From Verrucomicrobiia bacterium (GTDB taxonomy: Bacteria > Verrucomicrobiota > Verrucomicrobiia > Limisphaerales > UBA1319), in NCBI GenBank assembly GCA_963664225.1, contig OY760937.1, positions 1,088,001 to 1,152,000 on the forward strand: a stretch of DNA of 64,000 nucleotides. Reading direction: 5' to 3'. Of the stretch, positions 39,100 to 48,397 are shown one piece after another; the first letter of the stretch is position 1, and each line of letters starts with the position of its first letter. Both the position numbers and the translations under genes were made by a program. The notes below the pieces were generated by a model. It worked only from the letters and a program-made list of their open reading frames with translations. It made no database searches and was not told the origin of the DNA.

Positions 39100-39330
39100 C
39101 AAACCGGTATCCTGACTTCGAGCTATTGCTTGAGAAGTGTCCGGCACACTGGAATGCATGATTCCGGAGTGTGCGAACGCCATTCAAACATGGACCTTGC
39201 TCCCGCCTTCCCAGTCCTGTGACCAGTGGCATCATGGAGCTTGTAACCCGTTACAGTGGCGCAACCGTCCCCGATTTTCACGGGGTTCCCTGACATTTTG
39301 CTGCGTATCAACACGCAAACCTCCACAAGT
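39100..39330 (-). promoter_or_regulatory. Cobalamin riboswitch
   Basis: Minus strand: AGGGAA-ccccGTGAAAATCgggg-acggttgc-GCCACTGTAA … GCCACTG … CTGGGAAGGC … AAGTCAGGATACC. These are the conserved core and B12-box elements in the correct order. Confidence 0.92.
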
Positions 39331-39364
39331 TACTCAGAACTTGTGACACGAGGTCTGCGATCTT

Positions 39365-40549
39365 TCAAAGAGCGGGATTATGGTGGATTGGCTCCTCTGC
39401 GTTGCCAAGAATAAAAGAGCGTGAAATTTTACCTCCGCGTTCGATGTGGTGAAGATTGCCGCGCCACTGCACATGGTCGATGAACAAGGAGAAAGACCAC
39501 AGGAGTGACTGAAGCAGATCCTTGATGAGAACGGGCCAGAAAAAGGCGGCGGTGGGTTGTGTGCGGGTTAATCGTTGTTGTAAAGCCGCGGCTGCGGTAA
39601 TGCGAATCCACAGACAGGCGGCGGCGGCACTTAGAACTGAGAGGCTGGGACTTGTGGCGAGCCAGAGAAGGGGCCAGAGGCTGCCAGTGCTCAATATGCT
39701 GAAGAAATAGGGCAGGGGTTTGCAGTGTCGTATGGTGATGGCCCATCGCAGTTGGTGGATCCAGACTTCCCGCCAGGTCATTGGCGAGGACCAGCATTCC
39801 ACGGGGATGGTGCTAAGGATGATTTTTCCACCCTGGCGATGTATGAGTTGGCCCAGTTCGTAATCATCAGCCAGATGGTCTTTCAAGGCGTGGAAACCGC
39901 CAATCTCATGGATCCATTTGCGCGTGGTGGCCATGACGGCACCGAGGGCGAAATCCATCGGGCCGAGATTCCGGCTCTGGCATACCTGGCTCCAGAAATC
40001 CGCATTGATGGCCACCGCTTCCCAATGCATGGCGGGCGTATGTGGATTCGCCAGACAATAGAAACAGTTTACCAGACCTGTTTCCGAATCTTGAAAAGGA
40101 GGCGCCAGGTGGGTGAGAAGATCCGTGGGTGCGAGGACATCCGCATCGGAAACGACCAACAGATCGTGTTTGGCCAGTTTTTCGAGCTGTATTAAAGTGG
40201 ATACCTTCGCATTGGCGCCGAGTGTCGGATCGCAGATAATCAAGCGCGCGTCGATGTGGGGATGTTTTTGAATCAGGCGTCGGACCACATTGCAGACGGG
40301 GTCTTTTTCTGTAGCCACGCCGAAAAGGATTTGCACGGGACCGGCATATGTCTGGCTAAACCAGCTTTTGAGGCATTTCAAAGTGGAGATTTCGACCCCC
40401 TTGAGAGGTTTTAAGACCGAGATTCCAGGGGAAAACTCCACGACAGGCGGACGTTGATGCAGGGGAAAACGACGTGCCGCACTCCATTGCCAAAGTACAA
40501 TGGCGCAACTTAAAAAGGCCAAAAAGCCAAGTATAACGGTTAAAACCAT
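39365..40549 (-). CDS. hpnI: GT2/GT21 glycosyltransferase, HpnI / ceramide glucosyltransferase-like
   Basis: ISVLKPLKG, QILFGV, GANAKVSTL, VVSDADV, FALGAVMA, LADDYELG, HQLRWAITIR, VQWRG. Confidence 0.75.
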   Translation of the reverse strand: MVLTVILGFLAFLSCAIVLWQWSAARRFPLHQRPPVVEFSPGISVLKPLKGVEISTLKCLKSWFSQTYAGPVQILFGVATEKDPVCNVVRRLIQKHPHIDARLIICDPTLGANAKVSTLIQLEKLAKHDLLVVSDADVLAPTDLLTHLAPPFQDSETGLVNCFYCLANPHTPAMHWEAVAINADFWSQVCQSRNLGPMDFALGAVMATTRKWIHEIGGFHALKDHLADDYELGQLIHRQGGKIILSTIPVECWSSPMTWREVWIHQLRWAITIRHCKPLPYFFSILSTGSLWPLLWLATSPSLSVLSAAAACLWIRITAAAALQQRLTRTQPTAAFFWPVLIKDLLQSLLWSFSLFIDHVQWRGNLHHIERGGKISRSFILGNAEEPIHHNPAL

Positions 40550-40765
40550 TCCAGATGCCATTTAGCAGGTAAATCGCCATTATGGCGAGGAAAGAATCGA
40601 CAGATTTGCAGTGCCAACGGCCAGAATGGGATATGCAGCGGTATTACAATTGATCGAGGGCTGTGACGCACAAGATCTCCTCCAAAGTGATCTTACTGCT
40701 CAAGGCCTGCTTTAAACCGTTCTGGCACAGGTTATGTGGGTATTGTGACGAATGGCTCAATGGTT

Positions 40766-41203
40766 TCATTGAACAGGTTGGACGTTCATGTCCAGCCAAT
40801 AATGGAGGGTTTCTCTTAGCAGATTTGAAAACTCGATAAAATCGACCGGTTTGCGCAGGTAACTATTGGCTCCCCGCCGGAAGCTCTCCTGAACATCTTT
40901 CTCTTCGGTCGAACAACTCAAAACGATCACGATCAAGGAGCGGGTTCGATCATCGGCCCTGAGTCGTCGAAGCACTTCGAGACCGTCCATTTTTGGAAGT
41001 TTTAAATCCAAAAAGACCAAGTCGGGCATGTGAGTGTTTAAGACACCTTCAAGGGCGGCTTTGCCCGTAAGAAAATCAATGGCTTCGACACCGTCCCGGG
41101 CGACAAGAAATTCCTGTTGAGCACGGTTGTTCTTCAAGGCCTGTTTGCATAACATGACATCATCAGGATTGTCTTCCACCAGCATGATGATTTTGTCGTT
41201 CAT
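40766..41203 (-). CDS. Single-domain response regulator (Rcp1-like)
   Basis: MLVEDNPDD, PDLVFLDLKLPKMDGLEVL, GANSYLRKPVDF. Confidence 0.93.
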   Translation of the reverse strand: MNDKIIMLVEDNPDDVMLCKQALKNNRAQQEFLVARDGVEAIDFLTGKAALEGVLNTHMPDLVFLDLKLPKMDGLEVLRRLRADDRTRSLIVIVLSCSTEEKDVQESFRRGANSYLRKPVDFIEFSNLLRETLHYWLDMNVQPVQ

Positions 41204-41233
41204 AAAAAGTCCCGGTGATTTACCAACATTGAT

Positions 41234-41974
41234 CTACGACTTCAAAGTTTTGACAGGTTTTTCCTTTTTAGGATGATCCACGGAGACTTTCTCGAATTTT
41301 AACCATTCGAGCGCCCGGCGTGCAAGGGATTTTGCGTCTGGCAAGTCCATTTTCTGGCGGATGTGCTCGCAATGAGATTCGATCGTGTTGATACTGACAT
41401 GGAGGCGGGTGGCCATTTCATGCGTGTTCAAACCCTGACCTATCAATTCGAACACCTCCAGTTCGCGGTCGCTCAATCGCTCAACTGTCTGCCCAGTGGC
41501 GCTTCCATGGTTCTCCAGCATGTTGCAAGCCATCGCCTGGGCTATGGAAGGGCTGACATAGGGTCTTCCGGAAAGCACCGTGCGGCACCCTTCAAACATA
41601 TTTGCCGGACTGTCGTTTTTTGAGAGAAAACCACGTGCTCCCGCGCGGAGGGTTCGTTCCGCGAAGAATGGATCTTCGTGCATGGTTAGCACAACGATAG
41701 GCAGTCCGGGACAGCGGTTCTTAAAATCCCGGATAAGTTCGAGTCCGGCGCCGATTTCCAGCAGCATATCCGCCAGGACAAGGTCGGGCTTGAGGCTTTC
41801 TGCAGCGGACAGGGCTTCCTGGAGGATTCCATATTCGCCGCACACGGTAAAGTCGGGTTCGGCATTAAGCAGGAGTTTGATGCCCTCGCGGATAATCGGA
41901 TGGTCGTCCACGAGTAGGACGCGGGCTTTGCCCGACCTGATTGGACAGTTGTTTTTCGAGGCTCCAGACATCAT
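41234..41974 (-). CDS. NarL/LuxR-family response regulator
   Basis: VLLVDDHPIIREG, VLTMHED, GARGFLSK, LSDRELEVFELIGQG…SINTIESH. Confidence 0.93.
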   Translation of the reverse strand: MMSGASKNNCPIRSGKARVLLVDDHPIIREGIKLLLNAEPDFTVCGEYGILQEALSAAESLKPDLVLADMLLEIGAGLELIRDFKNRCPGLPIVVLTMHEDPFFAERTLRAGARGFLSKNDSPANMFEGCRTVLSGRPYVSPSIAQAMACNMLENHGSATGQTVERLSDRELEVFELIGQGLNTHEMATRLHVSINTIESHCEHIRQKMDLPDAKSLARRALEWLKFEKVSVDHPKKEKPVKTLKS

Positions 41975-42286
41975 TTACTTTTGTTGCGATGGGACGTTGA
42001 AACGGCGGCATTATATCAGGCTGCTTTGCTTCATCAGCCGGTTGTTGATGCAATCTTGCATGGGATTGCACAAAGGGCAGTCCCCGGTTTCGCAATTTTT
42101 AATCCGTTGCCTGCCAAGCCTTCAGGACGACTGCGCAAATGGACATGTCTCGCACAGCAACCAGAATGCCGCTCATAATATGCGACTCCTCCAAACTGTT
42201 TTGGTTTCCGCACAAGCTGTAATGTATTAATCAATGTAATGAACAAACCTCGTTTGTCAAAAAAGGATGGGATTCAAAATAAAAAC

Positions 42287-43375
42287 TTACGATGCTCCAA
42301 GCCACAAATCGATCGGTTTATTAACCTTGGGATGGAAAGGCAGCGGCACCCGTCGTCCAGTTCCAGCCGATTCATAGGCGGCCAGCATAAGTTCCATTAC
42401 CGCGCGGCCATCTTCGCCGGTGACCATGGGCTGTTTGTCATCACGAACGCACTCGATGAAGTGTTTCAGTTCATGCGGATAACCTTGGTTGAAGGCTTCC
42501 TCGAAAATCGTAAAACTCCAGCCTTGTGTTGAGCCCGCTTTTTCCATGGCGTAACCATAACCCTTTTCGCTGAACGTCAGCGCCGAGTTGCCGACAAACA
42601 GGTCCGCATAGATCACTCCACCGGTGCCATAAACCTCGATGCGGTCATCCATGCCGCCTTGCTTGGCCCAGCTATTCTCGGCCACACCGATCGCGCCGGT
42701 ATCGAATTCGACAATGATGAGGGAATTGTCTTCCGCTTTGGTTCTCGCCGAATGGTGGATCGATGCCATATGCGCATAGGCACTGACCGGTTTGACTTTC
42801 GCTCCCAACATCCAGCGGAACCATCCCAGGCCATGGCAGCCCATGTCCATGACCGCGCCACCGCCGGATTGTTCGATGTTGTAAAACCAATCGCTATGCG
42901 GGCCCGAGTGTTTTTCGCACTGCCTCAATTGGAAGATTTTGCCCACAGCCCCTTCATTGACCACTTTTCGAACGCGCTCGTATTTGGGCGCAAAGCAAAG
43001 CTCCTCAGCGTACATGAGTTTGCAGTGATTAGCCTTGCAGACGTCAATCATGGCATCGGCTTCCTCCAGATTCATGCACAAGGGCTTTTCGATGATCACG
43101 TGTTTGTGCGCCTTGGCGGCTGCGGTGACCGCGCGCGCATGAAGAAAATTGGGCAGACAGACATCCACAACGTCGCAGTCGGATTCCCCAATGGCCTGAT
43201 CCAAATTAGAAAACCCGCGGGGAATATGGTGTTTTTTGGCCATGGCCTCCGCTTTTTCCGGGTTGCGGGTATAAATGGCGACAACTTCCGCTTCGGGAAT
43301 GAAACGGCGATAGGATTCCAGATGGATGTCGGCGATGAAACCCGCGCCCAGCAAGGTTACTTTGGTTCGGTTCAT
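42287..43375 (-). CDS. Gfo/Idh/MocA family oxidoreductase
   Basis: LGAGFIA, VCLPNFLH, KHVIIEKPL, SGGGAVMDMGCH. Confidence 0.93.
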   Translation of the reverse strand: MNRTKVTLLGAGFIADIHLESYRRFIPEAEVVAIYTRNPEKAEAMAKKHHIPRGFSNLDQAIGESDCDVVDVCLPNFLHARAVTAAAKAHKHVIIEKPLCMNLEEADAMIDVCKANHCKLMYAEELCFAPKYERVRKVVNEGAVGKIFQLRQCEKHSGPHSDWFYNIEQSGGGAVMDMGCHGLGWFRWMLGAKVKPVSAYAHMASIHHSARTKAEDNSLIIVEFDTGAIGVAENSWAKQGGMDDRIEVYGTGGVIYADLFVGNSALTFSEKGYGYAMEKAGSTQGWSFTIFEEAFNQGYPHELKHFIECVRDDKQPMVTGEDGRAVMELMLAAYESAGTGRRVPLPFHPKVNKPIDLWLGAS

Positions 43376-43460
43376 ATCGTGATGATGTTTGTGGTGTGAG
43401 TGTAGTCAATTGCGACAGAATTGTCACGGTGAAAACATTGCCATCGGACAGCTCCCTGAC

Positions 43461-43491
43461 AAAAAAGCCGCCGGTTAAACTCGGCGGCTTT
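43461..43491 (-). terminator. Rho-independent terminator after the DUF1080/ThuA gene
   Basis: Minus strand aaagccgccga-gtttaa-ccggcggc-TTTTTT: GC stem followed by a U-tract, about 50 nt past the stop at 43540. Confidence 0.75.
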
Positions 43492-43539
43492 ATCGCAATG
43501 GACTTATTGGAAAGCCCGTTTTATTCGACAGGTTGCAGC

Positions 43540-45084
43540 TTACTTAGGGAGCCAGGGGGCCGGAATGGATTTCTGGTCATCCACGGGTTTGAGGTTGTAT
43601 TTCATGTCATCCGGTTCGATTTTTGTGACCACACCATCGGCCGGAACTTCCATTTTTGCGGTCCACAAAAACGCATTTAACAGGAGTTTACGGCAATCCT
43701 CGTTGGCCCAGGATTTGTGGAAATGGCCTCCGGTGTATCCGAAACCGCGGCCGCCATCCGAACGTTGCTTGGCCCAGGCTAAAATTTCCGAGCGACCCGG
43801 AAATTCCTTGGCAGCGGCCGTACCCCTAGTTTGATCGGGAGGAGTGGCCTTGAGGATGGGGGTAAAACCGGACTGTTCGGCGGGAAACTGGATGTTGTAA
43901 TACCATTCGTCATTGAGTTTGAAGGGCTTCACTCCATGCGTGATGGGATGCTCGGGCAGGTTCGTGAAATCCGCCTCCCACATGGGATTCGTCGAATAAC
44001 CCGTTTCGTAATACCCGCCGATCCAGTGTGTCAATTCAGCGCCACCTTTGTTCTTGGGCACTTCCACCGTGTAATGAACGCAGGCCAATCCAACGCCTTT
44101 TTTCATCAATGCATCGAGGATTGCGAGATGGTCTTTCTGGATGAGCGCATTGCCATCGCCGCCATCCATGAAAAACACGATCGAATCGGCATTGTCAAAG
44201 GCGGTGATGTCCTTGGGCCAGCCGTTATTGTTGAGATAGGCTTGGGCGATGACCCCGGGAACCTGATCGAGACAATGTTTCCATAATGCGACTCCCGCGT
44301 CGTGCTCGTGATCTCCAGGACCGTGGCTCACTCCTCCTGCAACCATGACAATTTTGCGGACATCCCCCATGGGCAGGCGCTTGAGTCGGATGTCTTTGAA
44401 TTGAACGGTCATGGCCTTGCCGGCGTGGAGTTGCAGGGCAAGAATCCCGGAACGGGAGCGCTTGCTGACTTGTTCATCAGTGACATCCACTGTGACGTTG
44501 CCATTGATTTTGTGGATCAAATGGTTGCCCTGGGCAATAATGACATATTCATTCCAGTCGCCGGGCTTGATTTGTGATTGGATTGCAGAGCTGTCCCCCA
44601 CAGAGCCAGTGACCTGAATTTTGCCATCCTTGTCGATGGTGACCTTCTGGCCGCGCTCGGCGAGGATGCCCCGGCCCCGTTCTTCATAAAGGATGCCGGA
44701 GTAGGACTTGCCGCATTCCATGTCGCCTTGGTAGCCGCCCGCGACCCAGTTCCCCTCGTGTTTGCTGCGGTATTGAATGCCGGAGTTTCCAAATTTATCG
44801 TCGTTGTTCGAAATCAGGCGATAGGTGGTGCGCAGTTCAAAATCATCGGTCATTCCTTCGCGCCAGATGATGAATGTGTTTCCTTTGGTCGGATTTTCCG
44901 GTGTGGTTTGGCCTGTTATGGCGCCATCCTTGACAGACCAGAACGCGGGATCCCCATCCCAGCCGCTCAAATCCGTTCCATTAAAGATGCTTTTAAAGCC
45001 GGTTTCATCCTCTGCGAATGCCGGGAGCGCCACGGCGATGACTCCCAGGGCTGCCGTGAGGAGAAGTTGTTTGAGTATTTTCAT
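43540..45084 (-). CDS. Secreted DUF1080 (3-keto-disaccharide hydrolase-like) + ThuA-like fusion protein
   Basis: Signal peptide; SIFNGTDLSGW, GNSGIQYRS, WNEYVI…GILALQLH…VQFKDIRLK; then SHGPGDHEH, HPITHGV..F…DEWYY, GRGFGYTGGHFH. Confidence 0.88.
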   Translation of the reverse strand: MKILKQLLLTAALGVIAVALPAFAEDETGFKSIFNGTDLSGWDGDPAFWSVKDGAITGQTTPENPTKGNTFIIWREGMTDDFELRTTYRLISNNDDKFGNSGIQYRSKHEGNWVAGGYQGDMECGKSYSGILYEERGRGILAERGQKVTIDKDGKIQVTGSVGDSSAIQSQIKPGDWNEYVIIAQGNHLIHKINGNVTVDVTDEQVSKRSRSGILALQLHAGKAMTVQFKDIRLKRLPMGDVRKIVMVAGGVSHGPGDHEHDAGVALWKHCLDQVPGVIAQAYLNNNGWPKDITAFDNADSIVFFMDGGDGNALIQKDHLAILDALMKKGVGLACVHYTVEVPKNKGGAELTHWIGGYYETGYSTNPMWEADFTNLPEHPITHGVKPFKLNDEWYYNIQFPAEQSGFTPILKATPPDQTRGTAAAKEFPGRSEILAWAKQRSDGGRGFGYTGGHFHKSWANEDCRKLLLNAFLWTAKMEVPADGVVTKIEPDDMKYNLKPVDDQKSIPAPWLPK

Positions 45085-45163
45085 ATCGATGGATCAATAA
45101 ATGTCGGAGACCTCATGTGCAAGGTCCCTTGGGCATAATTATCTGACTGTTCTGAGGCTGGTT

Positions 45164-46009
45164 TTATTTAAATGTTTTCTTAAGGAATTTGAGGCCCTTG
45201 ACGGCGATATCTTCGTTGTTGGGTTCAATCTGCCGCCAGATGGCCGCAGCCTTGGCGATGACTTTGACATCCGGAGTGAAGGACTCAATGGCGACATCCT
45301 TATTATAGCGGATCTTCTTCAACGCGGCGCCGGTGGCCACCCAATCGATATGGTCGTTGCCGGGACAGCCGCGGTCACTGCCGCTGGCATGGAAATGCCC
45401 CAGGTTCTTGCCTGCCTTGATTATGGCTTTAATGGGGTCTTTTTCCTCGATGTTCATATGGAAGGTGTCCAAATGAATGGCCAGGGCTGGATTGTTCACA
45501 TCCGCCAGCATGGCAAGCGCCTGATCGCAAGTGTTGATGAAGTCGGTCTCAAACCGGTTCAGCGGTTCGATGGCGATGGTGATGCCCTTGTCCTCGGCTA
45601 TCTTGCAAAGTTTTTTGAGATTCTTGACGACCAGCTTCCATTGGGTCTTTTTGTCCTTGTCGGATACCGCCTCTGCGCGGCCAACGGCGGAATAAGCCGG
45701 CCCGGCAAATGTCGTGCAACCCAGGACAGCCATCTGGTCCATCAGCCCGGTCACGTAATTCATGCTGTTTTGCTGACTCTCGGGCGTGCCTCTCAGGTCG
45801 CGGTCCGGTCCGAAAGCCCCGCACACCGTCCCGCAAACGAGACCGTTTTTATCCAGGGCGTCTTTGACACGCGCCGGATCGATATGGGATGGATCCTCAA
45901 TGGCGAGTTCCGCAGAATCGAAACCCCACTTTTTAAATTGTTTGAAAAGCTTGACGCTTTCAGTTGTGAATGGAGAGGTAAACAGAAATGTGTTTATGCC
46001 GAATCTCAT
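45164..46009 (-). CDS. Sugar phosphate isomerase/epimerase (xylose isomerase-like TIM barrel; D-psicose/tagatose 3-epimerase-like)
   Basis: IEPLNRFETDFINT, HLDTFHMNIEE, HFHASGSDRGCPG, VAIESF. Start placed at ATG 46009. Confidence 0.9.
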   Translation of the reverse strand: MRFGINTFLFTSPFTTESVKLFKQFKKWGFDSAELAIEDPSHIDPARVKDALDKNGLVCGTVCGAFGPDRDLRGTPESQQNSMNYVTGLMDQMAVLGCTTFAGPAYSAVGRAEAVSDKDKKTQWKLVVKNLKKLCKIAEDKGITIAIEPLNRFETDFINTCDQALAMLADVNNPALAIHLDTFHMNIEEKDPIKAIIKAGKNLGHFHASGSDRGCPGNDHIDWVATGAALKKIRYNKDVAIESFTPDVKVIAKAAAIWRQIEPNNEDIAVKGLKFLKKTFK

Positions 46010-46056
46010 AGGTGGTTTGGTTTTTTCGAAAAATACCGCAGAACGAATGGGAGTCA

Positions 46057-48066
46057 ATGAATATTCAAACATTCCATCGCTTTTTCATGCGATCTTTATT
46101 TTGCGCATACGCGCTTCTGGTCGCCGTAATGGCATCTGAAACCCAGCCCGGCGAGGCCGCGGTCAAGGGGCGGTTTTCCCAACCGGACAAAAAGGGCATG
46201 CCTGGCTTGTATGTATGGACGGACCTGTGCAACGTCTATGTCCTACGCGAGGGCGATACGGCGTTGCTGGTGGACTTGGGGGATGGCAGCGTGCTGGAAC
46301 ACCTCGGGGAAATCGGCGTTCATTCGGTCGAATGGGTGCTGTTCACCCATCATCATCGCGAGCAATGCCAGGGGTACGGGCGGTTGAAAGGTTGGCATCC
46401 GAAAATCGGCGTTCCCGACGCGGAGCTGACCCTGTTCGAGCACCCGAATGATTTTCGTAAAATGCATCCTTCATTGGCGGATCCGTTCACCGTATATGGA
46501 TCGAGTTATGTGCGTCCTCCCATCGAATCGGTGACCGTGGACCGGTCCTTTCAAGGTATGGATATGTTTCGTTGGCGCGGGCATCAATTCTGGTGCGTGG
46601 ACACACGGGGGAATAGTCCGGGCGGGATGTCCTATCTGTATAAAACTCAAGACCGGTGGCGGGCATTTTCCGGGGATGTGATGCTTGCAGGTGCGCGCCT
46701 GCACAACTGGTTCGATTCGGAGTGGGATTACGGATTTGGAGCCGGAATTTACGCATTGGCTAGGTCAGCCGCCACTTTACGCAATCTCGATCCGGAAATA
46801 CTTCTGCCAGCGCATGGCGACATGATTCGGGAGCCTATCAAGACCTTGGGAGATTTCGATGGAAAGCTCCGTAGGCTTGAGAAACTCTATTTGCGCGGCT
46901 ACGAGCTGAACACCTTTGCGGAGGCCAGTCAGGACCCTGTATCCAGGCCCACGCTCGTGACCGACCTGTGGCAAATCTCACCGCATTTGTTCAAATTCAA
47001 GGGGATCAATTCCTGGCCGAATTTCGGATTGATCCTTTCGGATTCGGGGCGGGCTCTGGTGGTGGACTGCGGATTGCTGGACGTCGGGTATTTAGATCGG
47101 GCGCTGGAGGGCATGAAGTCGCAGTTTGGTCTCAAATCAGTCGATGCAGTGGTCATCACACACATGCATGGGGATCATTTCCTGGAAGTGCCGCATTTAC
47201 AGAAAAAATGGGGCGCGTCTGTGTGGGGCCTGGAGTGTATGCAGGGCCCGTGCGAAACGCCGGAGCGGTATGATTACGCGGCTTCAATAAACGCTTATGG
47301 CAGGGAATTCAGCGCGATTCATTTCGATCGACTGTTCAAATCGGGCGAGACCTTTGCATGGGAGGGTTTTGTTTTTACAGTGGATTGGATGCCCGGGCAG
47401 ACGGAATTCGCCTTGTGCCTCCATGGTCGGATCGACGGTCGCACGGTGGCATTCACCGGGGACAATATTTTGGGCAATCCACGCGATTCGCGGCAATCCG
47501 GTCACGAAGCGGTGGTCGCGCATAATGGCAGCGTGCTGGAGGAAGGTTACATTTATGGATCGCAATATTTGCTCGAACTGAAGCCTGACTTGCTGGTAGG
47601 CGGCCACTCTTGGGTGATGGATCAGCCGGGTGCCTTGCTGAAGCGTTATCACCGATGGTCCCTGGACATGCGTTCCGCCTTCAAGGATCTTCTTTGCACA
47701 GAGGACTACCGATACGGTTACGATCCGTTCTGGGTAAGGGCCGAACCTTACCGCACGCGCATTGGGCCCGCCGGGGATCAGACGGTGAGGGTTCATTTGA
47801 GGAATTTTAAGAAAACTCCGCAGGTTCATCGCATTGAATTCCATAGTCCGCAGGGGATCAAAGTGGAACCCGCGGTGATCACAGGCCAACTGCCCGGCCA
47901 AAGCCGGGGTCAGTGGCCGATAAGGATTCACGCGGAGACGTCAGCGAGCCAGGGCGTGCAAATGATTGCAATGGACGTAACTACCGACGGTCACCGCTAT
48001 GGGGAATGGTTTGATTTTGTAGTGCAAGTGGATGGCGCCCAATCAGGCGGTGTTGACTCAAAGTAA
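46057..48066 (+). CDS. Tandem metallo-beta-lactamase-fold hydrolase
   Basis: Two MBL domains: LVDLGDG…FTHHHREQ…FSGD…LPAHG, and VVDCG…ITHMHGDH…FTGD…VGGH. Ig-like C-terminus. Confidence 0.8.
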   Translation: MNIQTFHRFFMRSLFCAYALLVAVMASETQPGEAAVKGRFSQPDKKGMPGLYVWTDLCNVYVLREGDTALLVDLGDGSVLEHLGEIGVHSVEWVLFTHHHREQCQGYGRLKGWHPKIGVPDAELTLFEHPNDFRKMHPSLADPFTVYGSSYVRPPIESVTVDRSFQGMDMFRWRGHQFWCVDTRGNSPGGMSYLYKTQDRWRAFSGDVMLAGARLHNWFDSEWDYGFGAGIYALARSAATLRNLDPEILLPAHGDMIREPIKTLGDFDGKLRRLEKLYLRGYELNTFAEASQDPVSRPTLVTDLWQISPHLFKFKGINSWPNFGLILSDSGRALVVDCGLLDVGYLDRALEGMKSQFGLKSVDAVVITHMHGDHFLEVPHLQKKWGASVWGLECMQGPCETPERYDYAASINAYGREFSAIHFDRLFKSGETFAWEGFVFTVDWMPGQTEFALCLHGRIDGRTVAFTGDNILGNPRDSRQSGHEAVVAHNGSVLEEGYIYGSQYLLELKPDLLVGGHSWVMDQPGALLKRYHRWSLDMRSAFKDLLCTEDYRYGYDPFWVRAEPYRTRIGPAGDQTVRVHLRNFKKTPQVHRIEFHSPQGIKVEPAVITGQLPGQSRGQWPIRIHAETSASQGVQMIAMDVTTDGHRYGEWFDFVVQVDGAQSGGVDSK

Positions 48067-48107
48067 CGCTTGCCGATTCGGTGAAATCCAAGAAACTGAG
48101 GGGAGTT

Positions 48108-48386
48108 ATGAAATACGTTTGGATTTTACTCTTGGGACTGGCGCTGGTGGGCTGTCAAACAACCTCGCGCACGTTCAATAAAATCAAGCCCGGCATGTCG
48201 CGTGCGGATGTTGTGGCCATCCTGGGACAGCCTGAGTCTGTGTCCAGGGTCAGGGATACGGAGGTGATGCGCTATCAGATCAAGGAAACCATAAACGAAT
48301 GGTACCCGGATACCTATTATGTGCAGTTGCGCAACGGCCAGGTGATTTCTTCTGGACCGCTGAATTCCTTTCCCGCTTCATACTGA
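48108..48386 (+). CDS. SmpA/BamE-like small lipoprotein
   Basis: SD GAGGGGAG; lipobox LVGC; IKPGMSRADVVAILGQP. Confidence 0.8.
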   Translation: MKYVWILLLGLALVGCQTTSRTFNKIKPGMSRADVVAILGQPESVSRVRDTEVMRYQIKETINEWYPDTYYVQLRNGQVISSGPLNSFPASY

Positions 48387-48397
48387 TTATCTGACAA

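Noticed and set aside
38777..39346. Short ORFs over the riboswitch leader
   Set aside because: They coincide with the conserved cobalamin riboswitch and its expression platform, with no protein features.
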